A stretch of 63,406 bases of DNA from a virus. Its lineage: Duplodnaviria; Caudoviricetes. Under the pieces are notes generated by a model that was given only the letters and a program-made list of their open reading frames with translations, did not search any database and was not told the DNA's origin. The translations under genes and the position numbers were made by a program. The stretch is from the IMG/VR virus record IMGVR_UViG_3300027777_001479, positions 1-63,406 of that record; one strand, 5' to 3'. Positions 20,004 through 29,346 of the stretch are shown here, piece after piece. The stretch's first letter is position 1, and every line of letters starts with the position of its first letter.

Positions 20004-21548
20004 TTATACACATAACCATACATCTACACCAGCTGAAGTCGAGACGTATGACCTATATACAGAATAAATAGTCGTATTTCCTAAATTGTCAATTATATTG
20101 ACATCAGGTTTTGTGATTATTGGAATGACATTTCCATTACAACCCCAATTACTATTTCTAAATATTGACGGTTGATTTGTGAATTTCGGAATTAAAATAT
20201 AAACGTATCCACTTCCTGATACAATATTTAAATATTGATTTGTGGTTTGATTTGTTTGAATCAAGTTCAAATTGATTTCATCACCATTATCAAAATTAAC
20301 TTTTGATGATTTACCATAATAAATTATTGGTATAATAACAGGAGTTGTTGTTGGTGTTACTGTCGGAGTTGGTGTTGTTGTTTGTGTAGGAGTGTTAGTT
20401 GGGGTATTTGTAGGTGTTGTTGTTGTGGTGTTTGTTGGTGTGTTTGTAGGGGTTGGGGTGTTTGTTGGTGTGTTTGTAGGTGTATTACTTGGAGTGTTAG
20501 TTGGGGTATTTGTTGGTGTTGAGGTAGGTGTAATAGTAGGAGTTGGAGTGTTAGTTGGGGTATTTGTCGGTGTGGTTGTAGGTGTTGGGGTATTTGTTGG
20601 AGTTGGGGTTTGTGAAGCACCAATACTTGGGGTCACTGTTGGTGTAGGTGTATTAGTTGGTGTAGGCGTATTAGTTGGTGTGTTAGTTGGTGTAGGCGTA
20701 TTAGTTGGTGTGTTAGTTGGTGTAGGTGTATTAGTTGAATTGTTAGTTGGGGTTGGAGTGTTAGTTGGAGTGTTAGTTGGTGTAGGTGTATTAGTTGATG
20801 TTGGCGTTGGTATAATTTGTTTTTGTGTATGAACTTGGAATTTTGGATTAATAGTTGACCCATCGATTCTACTATTCTCGACTATAACTACGTCTTTTAA
20901 TAAATTAAAATCCATGTCTAATCTTGTCTCAAACACACCCATCATTGATCCAGCATTAATTAAAATTTCTTTTGGAACTACAATTTTTTCATTTGTTTTT
21001 GTTGTTAATATTGCATCAAAACAAATATATGTGTCATTTGGTAAACCTTTATTATATGATACCGTTGCTTTTAATATTACCGATCCTGGCATTATCTCTA
21101 ACAAAATATTTACAATAAGTTGTGGTAATGGTGTTATACACGGATTCCAAGTAGGAGTAGGTGTCGGTGTTAAACTAATTGTAGGTGTTGGCGTCGGTGT
21201 TGATGTAGATGTTGGTGTTGGACTTGGTAGTTTACATGGGTCTAATGTAGGTGTCGGAGTGTTTGTCGGTGTTGGTGTCGGTGTTAAAGTTCTTGTTGGA
21301 CTTGGTGTCGGAGTCGGTGTAGGTGTCGGCCTTGGCACGTTTAAAAAGTATGGGCAATTAGCAACAACAGGTTTAATCGTATATGTTCCATATATTTCTC
21401 TTGGTGGATACAAAAGACTTGGTTCAAATAAAAATGGTAATGTTATCTGGTCAAAGTTTAAGACAACATCATCATTATCCGGTTTGAATAAAACTTCTGC
21501 TAATTCGCCATCAAAAAAAACACTTTTTATTAATATATTTTGACTCAT
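20004..21548 (-). CDS. Putative virion protein with long Pro/Thr/Asn mucin-like repeats
   Basis: (TPTNTP)n at about 20340-20812 and (TP)n at about 21150-21335. Confidence 0.7.
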   Translation of the reverse strand: MSQNILIKSVFFDGELAEVLFKPDNDDVVLNFDQITLPFLFEPSLLYPPREIYGTYTIKPVVANCPYFLNVPRPTPTPTPTPSPTRTLTPTPTPTNTPTPTLDPCKLPSPTPTSTSTPTPTPTISLTPTPTPTWNPCITPLPQLIVNILLEIMPGSVILKATVSYNKGLPNDTYICFDAILTTKTNEKIVVPKEILINAGSMMGVFETRLDMDFNLLKDVVIVENSRIDGSTINPKFQVHTQKQIIPTPTSTNTPTPTNTPTNTPTPTNNSTNTPTPTNTPTNTPTPTNTPTNTPTPTNTPTPTVTPSIGASQTPTPTNTPTPTTTPTNTPTNTPTPTITPTSTPTNTPTNTPSNTPTNTPTNTPTPTNTPTNTTTTTPTNTPTNTPTQTTTPTPTVTPTTTPVIIPIIYYGKSSKVNFDNGDEINLNLIQTNQTTNQYLNIVSGSGYVYILIPKFTNQPSIFRNSNWGCNGNVIPIITKPDVNIIDNLGNTTIYSVYRSYVSTSAGVDVWLCV

Positions 21549-21553
21549 CTTTT

Positions 21554-23740
21554 TTATGTATTAATAATGGTGTATGTGAAATCATTAGGATAACAAGACG
21601 ACAAATCACAATTTGGACAATCAGGATCAAACATAAAAAATGTGTCCCTTAATAATTTAAAATTGTGTTTTACTTCAGGAGAAGACAAAGGTTCGGTATA
21701 AAATCTAAATTGAGATATTGCCCCATCAAAAGTTCCTGCGAAATTTTCTTCTAATAATATATGTGTTTTTAACTTATTAAGTGATGTGTTGTTTAGAATG
21801 TTTTCAGGGAAACATTCTGGATCTTGAATATATAATCCTTGAGTGGTCGCAGTACAAGCAGATAATGTTAGATTTTCGTGAAGTCCTTGTGTCCCCCCAC
21901 CCCAAGAAATGTTAAAAGGAACACCAACTTGTTTTTCTTTGTCAGTGTCTAATCCTCGAGGAATTACTTCTTCGAAATCTTCTATGGTATAAAATATACG
22001 ACCATTAATGTATATTTTCAATCGACCCATTCTAAACTTTGTGTCGTCTAACCATCTTTGATTTAATTGAACAATTGTTACGGTTTCAGGAACTTTATAT
22101 CCATTTGTATATGGGGGAGCAATTAAAGACGCCGTGTTGTTTGCCAAACTTTGAAGAAGTTCAACTCTTGTAATATCGTCTAATCCACCAAACCATTTCA
22201 AATCACAATAGTCCAAATAAGTGTATCTTTCCCAAACAACATTAATTAAAAACCAATGTCTAAAAGTCAACCAACCTGGATTTACTTGTAAACAATAAGG
22301 ATAAATTGGTGGAGTACAAATATCAACTATTGTATATCCTGTGGTATATGTTTGTCCTGTAACACAAGATCCCGTTGTAATACAATCTCCCGTTAGTTTG
22401 ATTGCTCTTACACCAATACCAGGGTTATGTGGATCACCACATAATCTAAATGAAATGTTGTTTGATAATGCATCCCATTTTGGATCTTTTTCACAAGTGT
22501 CTTCTATTGATGAAAAAATTGTCGGTGGACTTGATGGTGGACAACCGCACGTGTCACAACCACAATCAGGACAAGACGTGCAACATGGTGGTGTTGGATC
22601 ACAAACTATTGTTGTTGGATATGTATCACAAGGAACAGTTGGTGTGGGAGTTGGTGTTGGTGTAGGTGTTGGAACAATAATAGAAGAACAAGCGTGTTCA
22701 AAACACATCCACCCACAAGTATCACAAGGATCTAAATTACAACCACAACCACAAGTTAATTTTGTTTCAGGATTTCCATTACATAAATTACATCCGTAAT
22801 TTAAATGTGGATCATAAACACCACCAATAGGTCTTGGTGGATATACATATATACATCTACTATTTGTTATACCATAATCACAACAAGCACAAGTTTCTTC
22901 ACAAGTTAATCCTGAAGTTACTCTAACATAACTTGGATCACATTTTGGAGATCCATCTGCGTAATGATAAAATTTATTTTCCGCCCTTGTTCCCATATAA
23001 AAAAATGTGTTTTTATTATTTGGGTATATTTGATTTAATGTGGTATAACCAGGTGGTGGTGTATATTCATCAACAAATCTTGGATTTAATAACATTTCAA
23101 CTGACCACCCTTTATTCATTCGTTCAGGTAAGATGTCATAGTCATAACCAAATAATTTATAAAATCCTTGATAAAAACCACCATAAAGTTCAACGTATCT
23201 TCCAAAATCGGGATTGAACTTTGAAACCATTTGATATGTTGTATATAAAGGAATACCCGAAAAAATATGATTAGATGGAACATTCGTTGTTGTTTGAATA
23301 AATTTCATTCTTCTATCATAATAAAATCTATCAAATTTTTCGGTGTCGTTAAATAATCCGTTGGTAAAGTTTAAATAATCTCCTTTAATTCTGTAAGTTA
23401 AACCATTATCAATTCCTGTAAGACCAACATCACAAGTTGTTCCTGCACTAAAACAACTAAAATTTAAATCTTCTGGTTGATAAAAATTTTCTGAAATAAT
23501 AACATTACTATAATTGTAATCACCATAATTTAAAGTTAGATTTTGTGTTGTTAAGGGACTATTAAGATTAAGAGATATTGGTAATTTTTTTCCGTCATCA
23601 ATACCTATAATGTAAGGTGAGAATATAACTTCTTGGTTAAAATCAACTTCATCAGATGCCAATGACATATCTTGCCCGTCATAAATGACTTGCATTTTTA
23701 ATTTCTGATAATTATATTGATTTATATTTTGGTATGCCAT
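21554..23740 (-). CDS. Cys-rich virion protein, LamG-like fold with Cys/Pro-Thr insertion (likely start MAYQN at 23740)
   Basis: [30 protein letters not shown]; Cys clusters; TATTTAT at 23752-23758. Confidence 0.6.
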   Translation of the reverse strand: MAYQNINQYNYQKLKMQVIYDGQDMSLASDEVDFNQEVIFSPYIIGIDDGKKLPISLNLNSPLTTQNLTLNYGDYNYSNVIISENFYQPEDLNFSCFSAGTTCDVGLTGIDNGLTYRIKGDYLNFTNGLFNDTEKFDRFYYDRRMKFIQTTTNVPSNHIFSGIPLYTTYQMVSKFNPDFGRYVELYGGFYQGFYKLFGYDYDILPERMNKGWSVEMLLNPRFVDEYTPPPGYTTLNQIYPNNKNTFFYMGTRAENKFYHYADGSPKCDPSYVRVTSGLTCEETCACCDYGITNSRCIYVYPPRPIGGVYDPHLNYGCNLCNGNPETKLTCGCGCNLDPCDTCGWMCFEHACSSIIVPTPTPTPTPTPTVPCDTYPTTIVCDPTPPCCTSCPDCGCDTCGCPPSSPPTIFSSIEDTCEKDPKWDALSNNISFRLCGDPHNPGIGVRAIKLTGDCITTGSCVTGQTYTTGYTIVDICTPPIYPYCLQVNPGWLTFRHWFLINVVWERYTYLDYCDLKWFGGLDDITRVELLQSLANNTASLIAPPYTNGYKVPETVTIVQLNQRWLDDTKFRMGRLKIYINGRIFYTIEDFEEVIPRGLDTDKEKQVGVPFNISWGGGTQGLHENLTLSACTATTQGLYIQDPECFPENILNNTSLNKLKTHILLEENFAGTFDGAISQFRFYTEPLSSPEVKHNFKLLRDTFFMFDPDCPNCDLSSCYPNDFTYTIINT

Positions 23741-23793
23741 CTGTTTTACTAATAAATACAACAAATCAAAGTATTTATTAAGAAAATTAAATC

Positions 23794-24675
23794 ATGATTA
23801 AATTAAACCATGAGTATTACAACGAACCATATTATTTCTTTTTAAAAGATAAGGGAAATAAAATTGCTGTTTATTATTCGGTTTCAAATACTATTAGTGA
23901 GTCAAGGAAACAAGATGACGTTATTGTTGTCGATAAAGAAGTTTTTGAAGAAATTCAAGATATTATTTCAAAAATATTAAACTCGGGAAAAAAATTAACA
24001 AAAAGACAAGTTCATAAACTTTTGGATTCAAGAGCAAAAAGAACGGAAACACCTGACGGAGAATTGGGTGAATTGGTAAATCCTGACGGATCTGTAATTG
24101 GGTCAAGTATTCCTATTTTGAATCAAAGAAATTTGGCAAAGAAAACTACGGATCAAACGGTTCGTATGACAAAAGCAAATCAATTTCCATTCATCCGTGT
24201 TTATTATGGTGAATCACAAGAAGGACAAACACCTTTATCAGAAGTTGATCAATCTGAATCATTTGGTTTTGAAGAAACGGAAGATGCACCAACTTATGAT
24301 GTTGCAAACAAAATCTTAAAGAAAATGGATGTTGAAGATCCAATTGAAAGAGATGAAAGATTAAAAAGATTAGGTTTTGATAGAAAATTGGACAAACAAT
24401 TAAAACAAGAAAAAAGACAAGGAAAATGTGTAAATTGTTTTACAAAAAGAAGATTGTCCGAACTTGAAAAACAAAAAATGGAAAAAATGATTGATGAAAT
24501 TATTATTTCAAAAAAATCTAAAGACAAAGAAGTTGTTAAAAAATATAAAGATGAAGATGATGATAACATCGTTTCAAAAATCTTAATGAGAAATATTGAA
24601 GCAATAAAAAAGTTGGCAGAAAAAGAAAACATTAGCATAGAAAAATTAATCAAACATTTAAGAAATAGTGAATAG
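23794..24675 (+). CDS. Hypothetical protein, possible head-internal protein
   Basis: Charged; xxE cleavage-like motifs; TATTTAT upstream. Confidence 0.55.
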   Translation: MIKLNHEYYNEPYYFFLKDKGNKIAVYYSVSNTISESRKQDDVIVVDKEVFEEIQDIISKILNSGKKLTKRQVHKLLDSRAKRTETPDGELGELVNPDGSVIGSSIPILNQRNLAKKTTDQTVRMTKANQFPFIRVYYGESQEGQTPLSEVDQSESFGFEETEDAPTYDVANKILKKMDVEDPIERDERLKRLGFDRKLDKQLKQEKRQGKCVNCFTKRRLSELEKQKMEKMIDEIIISKKSKDKEVVKKYKDEDDDNIVSKILMRNIEAIKKLAEKENISIEKLIKHLRNSE

Positions 24676-25138
24676 TAGTTTATACAATAAAACGATTACA
24701 TTACCAAAAGAGATGATGGAATATCTACAAACTTGTTTTGATGAGATACCAAACTCCGATTCTTCAATTGAAGGTCACAAAAGAAATGAAGAGTTGAGAG
24801 ATAGTGGATATGTGACTTATCAACAATTAGGTAGAATAAAAAATTGGTTTGATAATTATGAAGGTGATGGAACGGACGCCCCTTTTATTTTAAATGGTGC
24901 TGACTATATGAAAAATTGGGCTGAAACTACAATTCAACAATTAAGAAATAACGATTCGTTAGAAACAAGAGTTGATGATGAGTTTATGCCAGATCAAATT
25001 GATGTTAACACAATCAAAGATATTGGACCATATGCCGATATGATAAGACCATCAAAAGATCATAGTACCTTTACACAAGATGTTAGAATTAAAGAAGATG
25101 TTAACAGAATAAACCAAATAATTAAAAAAATAATTTAA
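24668..25138 (+). CDS. Hypothetical protein
   Basis: Overlaps the upstream stop; ends RIKEDVNRINQII. Confidence 0.55.
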   Translation: MNSSLYNKTITLPKEMMEYLQTCFDEIPNSDSSIEGHKRNEELRDSGYVTYQQLGRIKNWFDNYEGDGTDAPFILNGADYMKNWAETTIQQLRNNDSLETRVDDEFMPDQIDVNTIKDIGPYADMIRPSKDHSTFTQDVRIKEDVNRINQIIKKII

Positions 25139-25139
25139 A

Positions 25140-25424
25140 ATGCAAACAGAAAGATTAGATTTTAGTCAACCAGCAAATGATTTAACAGCAATTGCTGATC
25201 TACAAAGAAAAAGTTTGATAGTAAAAAATGATTACAAAACCGTAAATCCTTATTCATCTGTAAATCCTGATGCAATATCAGATGGTGATGAATCAGGAAA
25301 AGGAACGGGAATTTTTCTTGACACAATAAATGGTGGGTCTTCTACTGATATTGTTGAAAGAAAAAACGAAATCAAAGTAAATGAATATCAACCAAACAAA
25401 CCTTATACCACTCCATCAGCATAA
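25140..25424 (+). CDS. Hypothetical protein
   Basis: Tightly packed ORF in the operon. Confidence 0.55.
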   Translation: MQTERLDFSQPANDLTAIADLQRKSLIVKNDYKTVNPYSSVNPDAISDGDESGKGTGIFLDTINGGSSTDIVERKNEIKVNEYQPNKPYTTPSA

Positions 25425-25804
25425 TGAAACTTTACAACACCCTTAATGATCTTATATTAGAGGTAGCATCAAGAGATCAAATTATTGATGCAATAAAAAA
25501 TAGAAGAGTGTGTGTAATTTATTACGATGGTGATGAACCAGGAGGAAGAGGGTTAAGGGTTATCGAACCTGTTGCCTTTGGAAATACAAAAAGAGGCAAC
25601 CCTGTTTTAAGAGCATGGGACAAAGAAGGAGCTTCACATACGGGGTATTTAGGAAAAAAACCATTACCAGGATGGAGGTTCTTTAGAGTTGATAAAATGC
25701 AATTCATAAGACCAACTCAAGAAACGTTTGATACACCAAGACCGAATTATAACCCAAATGGGGATAAAAGTATGGAAAGAGTAATAATAAACGCAGTATT
25801 TTAA
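25424..25804 (+). CDS. Stand-alone WYL-like domain protein
   Basis: IYYDG......RVIEPVAFG......LRAW.......WRFFRVDKM pattern. Confidence 0.7.
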   Translation: MKLYNTLNDLILEVASRDQIIDAIKNRRVCVIYYDGDEPGGRGLRVIEPVAFGNTKRGNPVLRAWDKEGASHTGYLGKKPLPGWRFFRVDKMQFIRPTQETFDTPRPNYNPNGDKSMERVIINAVF

Positions 25805-25818
25805 TAATTTAAATTAAT

Positions 25819-26424
25819 ATGAATTCAGAAGCAGAACTACTACAAAAACTCATGGTTTCAAAAAAAATCATGGATAAACATAATGAAATTGGAAGAGGTC
25901 AAGTAAGAGAAATGTCATCCCCTGTTGTAGAAGGATATGACGCAGTTCCTGCAACTTACAATATCCCACAAGAGTTTATGGCAGAACAACCAAAACCAAT
26001 TGTGAATCAAAACTCAAACATTCCTATTGAAGATAGGATTTCAAAATCAAAACTTCCCGATGAGATAAAAAGATTAATGATGGAACACCCAATTCAACAA
26101 CCAACAATGGGAGTTGGGTCAGGAGCTGTTTTAAGCAATGAGTTAGTCGAAAAAGCATCAAGATTGATGAATACAAACGCTAAAGGCGATATTATCGGAG
26201 AACAAAAACAAGTAAGACAACCACAACAACAAACACAACAATCGATGGTTGGTTTATCAGCAAACGAAATCAAACAAATTGTTAGAGAAACAATGGAAGA
26301 TGTATTGTCTGAAAATGGTTTATTGATTGAATCAGAAACAAAAAGTTCCGAAATGTTCAAATTCAGAGTAGGTCAACATCTATTTGAAGGTAAAGTCTTG
26401 AAAGTTAAAAAAATGACAAAATAA
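25819..26424 (+). CDS. Hypothetical protein
   Basis: ORF followed by a terminator. Confidence 0.55.
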   Translation: MNSEAELLQKLMVSKKIMDKHNEIGRGQVREMSSPVVEGYDAVPATYNIPQEFMAEQPKPIVNQNSNIPIEDRISKSKLPDEIKRLMMEHPIQQPTMGVGSGAVLSNELVEKASRLMNTNAKGDIIGEQKQVRQPQQQTQQSMVGLSANEIKQIVRETMEDVLSENGLLIESETKSSEMFKFRVGQHLFEGKVLKVKKMTK

Positions 26425-26442
26425 TACTTTTATAATTCTTTG

Positions 26443-26471
26443 AAACCTCCATTTAAAGTGGGGGTTTTTTT
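26443..26471 (+). terminator. Intrinsic terminator
   Basis: AAACCTCCAT-TTAAA-GTGGGGGTTT followed by a T run. Confidence 0.75.
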
Positions 26472-26507
26472 GTGTCTTTATGATTTTATTTTTATCAAAA
26501 AACAAGA

Positions 26508-26536
26508 TTGACTTAATAAGAGAAAAAGGTTATAAT
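26508..26536 (+). promoter_or_regulatory. sigma70-type promoter TTGACT-N17-TATAAT heading the 26.6-47.7 kb operon
   Basis: Near-consensus hexamers with exact 17-nt spacing, directly after a terminator. Confidence 0.6.
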
Positions 26537-26603
26537 TTAGAGATAGTGTGGGAATCTGATTTAAAAAAAGACCACACATTAATTAATAAACTAATAAAAA
26601 AAT

Positions 26604-27848
26604 ATGACACAAAATAGCCCCATGAACGGTCGTGAGAGAATCAGAGTATTGGTTCTCCCAAGTGATCGATCTGGGGTTGGCTGAGGTAAATTTCGATCAG
26701 TCGACCCCCACATCAAATTACAAAACTTATACTCCGAAGATTTTCATGTTGATATAGATTATGAACCAAAAATTAACGATATAAATTATTGGAAAAAATA
26801 CCAAATAGTTCATTTTCACAGAAGTTTTGGCCAAATTGAGCAATGTCCAAACATCATTAATAGTTTAAAAAGTTTGGGAATTGTTATGATTGCCGACATC
26901 GATGATTATTGGTTACCAACAAAAGAGCACCCAATTCATCAATTAATTATTGAAAACAAACTCCACCAAAAGATTGTTGATAATCTAAAGGCAGCGAGTT
27001 ATGTTACAACAACCACAGAATTATTTGCAAATGAAATTAGAAAGTTCAATAAAAATGTAATTGTTTTACCAAATGCGATTGATCCAAGTGAACCACAATT
27101 TACACAACCAACACCACCATCAGATAAAATCAGAGTTGGATGGTTGGGAGGATCTTCACATTTACACGATTTGAAATTATTAGATGGTATGGTTTCAAAA
27201 CTTAATCCTGTTCAAGACAAATTACAATATTATGTTTGTGGGTTTGATATTCGTGGAAGTGTAACAGAAATCAACAAAGAAACGGGTGAACAAAAACAAA
27301 GACCAATTAAACCTGAAGAAACCGTTTGGGTAAGATATGAAGAAATATTTACAAATAATTATAAAATCATTTCACCCGAATACAAAACGTTCTTAGATAA
27401 ATTCCAAGAAGGAGATTATCCGGCAATTCAGAATGAGAACTATGTTAGAGTTTGGACAAGACCTGTTGATCAGTACGCAAGAAATTATTCAAACTTTGAC
27501 ATTTCGTTGGCACCAATTAAAAATCATATTTTTAATAGAATGAAATCACAATTGAAAGTTATTGAAGCAGGATTTTATAAAAAGGCTTTGATTGCTTCAA
27601 ATGTTGGACCATATACAATCGACTTGAAACATGCTTTAGATAAGGGTCAATTTACAAATGGAAATGCTTTGTTGGTAAATGAAAATAATAATCATAGTGA
27701 TTGGGCTAAAAACATCAAAAAATTGGTTGACAATCCAAATATGATTACCGATCTTGGTGAGAGACTTTATGAAACGGTGAAAGACAGATATGATCTTAAT
27801 AAGGTTACGGCCGATCGCGCATCTTTTTACAAATCTTTAATTAAATAA
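26604..27848 (+). CDS. GT-B (GT4-like) glycosyltransferase with a single in-frame TGA at codon 27 (recoded or pseudogene)
   Basis: ATG 26604 is in frame with ORF 26874..27848: ...RIRVLVLPSDRSGVG*GKFRSVDPH...; downstream DIDDYW, RVGWLGGSSH..DL, FN..KSQLKVIEAG. Confidence 0.75.
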
Positions 27849-27851
27849 TAT

Positions 27852-28577
27852 ATGATTAACATTCCAATAACAAAAATTTTATTTTTAGATATTGAAACCG
27901 TTGGTGGTTGCAAAGATTATCAAACGTGTATTAATTCTAATCCAATAGTTGCCGATCAATTTGATAAGTATTTTGATTGGTTTTTGAAAAGATTTCCCGA
28001 AGATAAAGAATGGGAGAAAGATAGATCGACAGAAGAACATATGGATATTGTTTTTAGAAAAAGAGCGGCACTTGTTCCTGAATTTGCTAAAATCATATGT
28101 GTTTCTATGGCATTTGTTTTGGATAACGGTGAGATTAAAAAACAAACATTTTCAGGTGATGATGAAAAACAACTTCTAGTAGATGTAAGAAACTTATTGG
28201 ATCGTTGTCATAAATTAGATTTTTATCTATGTGGTCATAATCTTAAAAACTTTGACATTCCCATGTTGGCAAAACGAATGATTATTAATGAAATTATGCC
28301 ATCAAAGATTCTTCCTTCATATGATACAAAGCCTTGGGAAGTAAAAGCAATTGACACAAAAGAAATTTGGCAATATGGAGCATATACCGCAATTGGGTCA
28401 TTAGATCTGATGTGCGCTTGTTTGGATATTCCAACACCAAAAGATGGTGAAATAAATGGGGGTATGGTACACGAAGCGTATTGGAATCACAATAGAATAG
28501 ATGAAATTTCAAAATATTGTGAGAAAGATGTTGATGTGTTGGTTACGGCAATAAAAAAATTAAAAAGTTTAAAATAA
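27852..28577 (+). CDS. PolB-like 3'-5' exonuclease (DEDD)
   Basis: LFLDIETV, GHNLKNFDIP, YCEKDV. Confidence 0.8.
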   Translation: MINIPITKILFLDIETVGGCKDYQTCINSNPIVADQFDKYFDWFLKRFPEDKEWEKDRSTEEHMDIVFRKRAALVPEFAKIICVSMAFVLDNGEIKKQTFSGDDEKQLLVDVRNLLDRCHKLDFYLCGHNLKNFDIPMLAKRMIINEIMPSKILPSYDTKPWEVKAIDTKEIWQYGAYTAIGSLDLMCACLDIPTPKDGEINGGMVHEAYWNHNRIDEISKYCEKDVDVLVTAIKKLKSLK

Positions 28578-29176
28578 TGAGTGAAATTGACGATAATATA
28601 AATGACGAAGAATTGGAGGATTTATTAAAAATCTTGGATGACATTTCAAATGACGACATTGATTATAATCTTATAATGGATTCTTTTGGATTGGACGTTA
28701 AAGAATTGGAACAAGATTTAGAAGATTATGTTCCACAAATTGATTTGTCGTTTAAAAAATCAAAAGTTGATGCAACAACTCCTTCTTATGTATACCAATC
28801 AGATTCTGGTTTTGATTTATATTCAACAGAAGAAGTTTGGATTCATGGGTTTGATCGAAAATTAATATCGACAGGATTACATTTTGATATTCCTGATGGT
28901 TACGAAATACAAGTAAGATCAAAAAGTGGTTTGGCGTTAAAACAAGGTTTAATGGTATTAAACTCACCTGGCACGGTAGATCAAGGATATTTGGGTGAAA
29001 TAAAAGTAATTTTGTTCAACACAACAAAAGAAAAAGTTAAAATAGAAAAAGGTCAAAAAATTGCTCAAGCAGTTCTTTGTCCAGTAGTTTCAGGAAAATG
29101 GGTTAATTTAGTCGAGAAAGAAGATTTAGAATCCAAAGATAGAAACGATAATGGATTTGGATCTACTGGTTTATGA
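28577..29176 (+). CDS. dut: dUTPase (trimeric) with acidic N-terminal extension
   Basis: SGFDL, RSKSGLA, NSPGTVDQGYLGEIKV, KIAQAV, R...GFGSTG. Confidence 0.92.
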   Translation: MSEIDDNINDEELEDLLKILDDISNDDIDYNLIMDSFGLDVKELEQDLEDYVPQIDLSFKKSKVDATTPSYVYQSDSGFDLYSTEEVWIHGFDRKLISTGLHFDIPDGYEIQVRSKSGLALKQGLMVLNSPGTVDQGYLGEIKVILFNTTKEKVKIEKGQKIAQAVLCPVVSGKWVNLVEKEDLESKDRNDNGFGSTGL

Positions 29177-29346
29177 ATACCAAAGAAGAAATATTAAAAG
29201 AATTATTTAAAGTTAATTCTGAAATTATTATGTCTGACTATAATGATGGTTGGTTTAAACAATACATGGAAGAAAGAAAATTAATTTTGGAAAAAATATT
29301 AAAAGAATTAGAATCAGATGATAACGATAGTATACTCAACACATAA
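29173..29346 (+). CDS. Small hypothetical protein (57 aa, MNTKEEILKELFKVN...)
   Basis: Hand-translated; ATGA overlap with the dut stop; fills the gap. Confidence 0.55.
   Translation: MNTKEEILKELFKVNSEIIMSDYNDGWFKQYMEERKLILEKILKELESDDNDSILNT

Noticed and set aside
20357-22799. Val/Gly-rich and Gln/Leu/His-rich ORFs
   Set aside because: Shadows of Pro/Thr repeats
26682-26684. Genome-wide TGA reassignment (code 4 or 25)
   Set aside because: Several genes end in TGA, some with ATGA overlaps, and other long ORFs are uninterrupted under code 11
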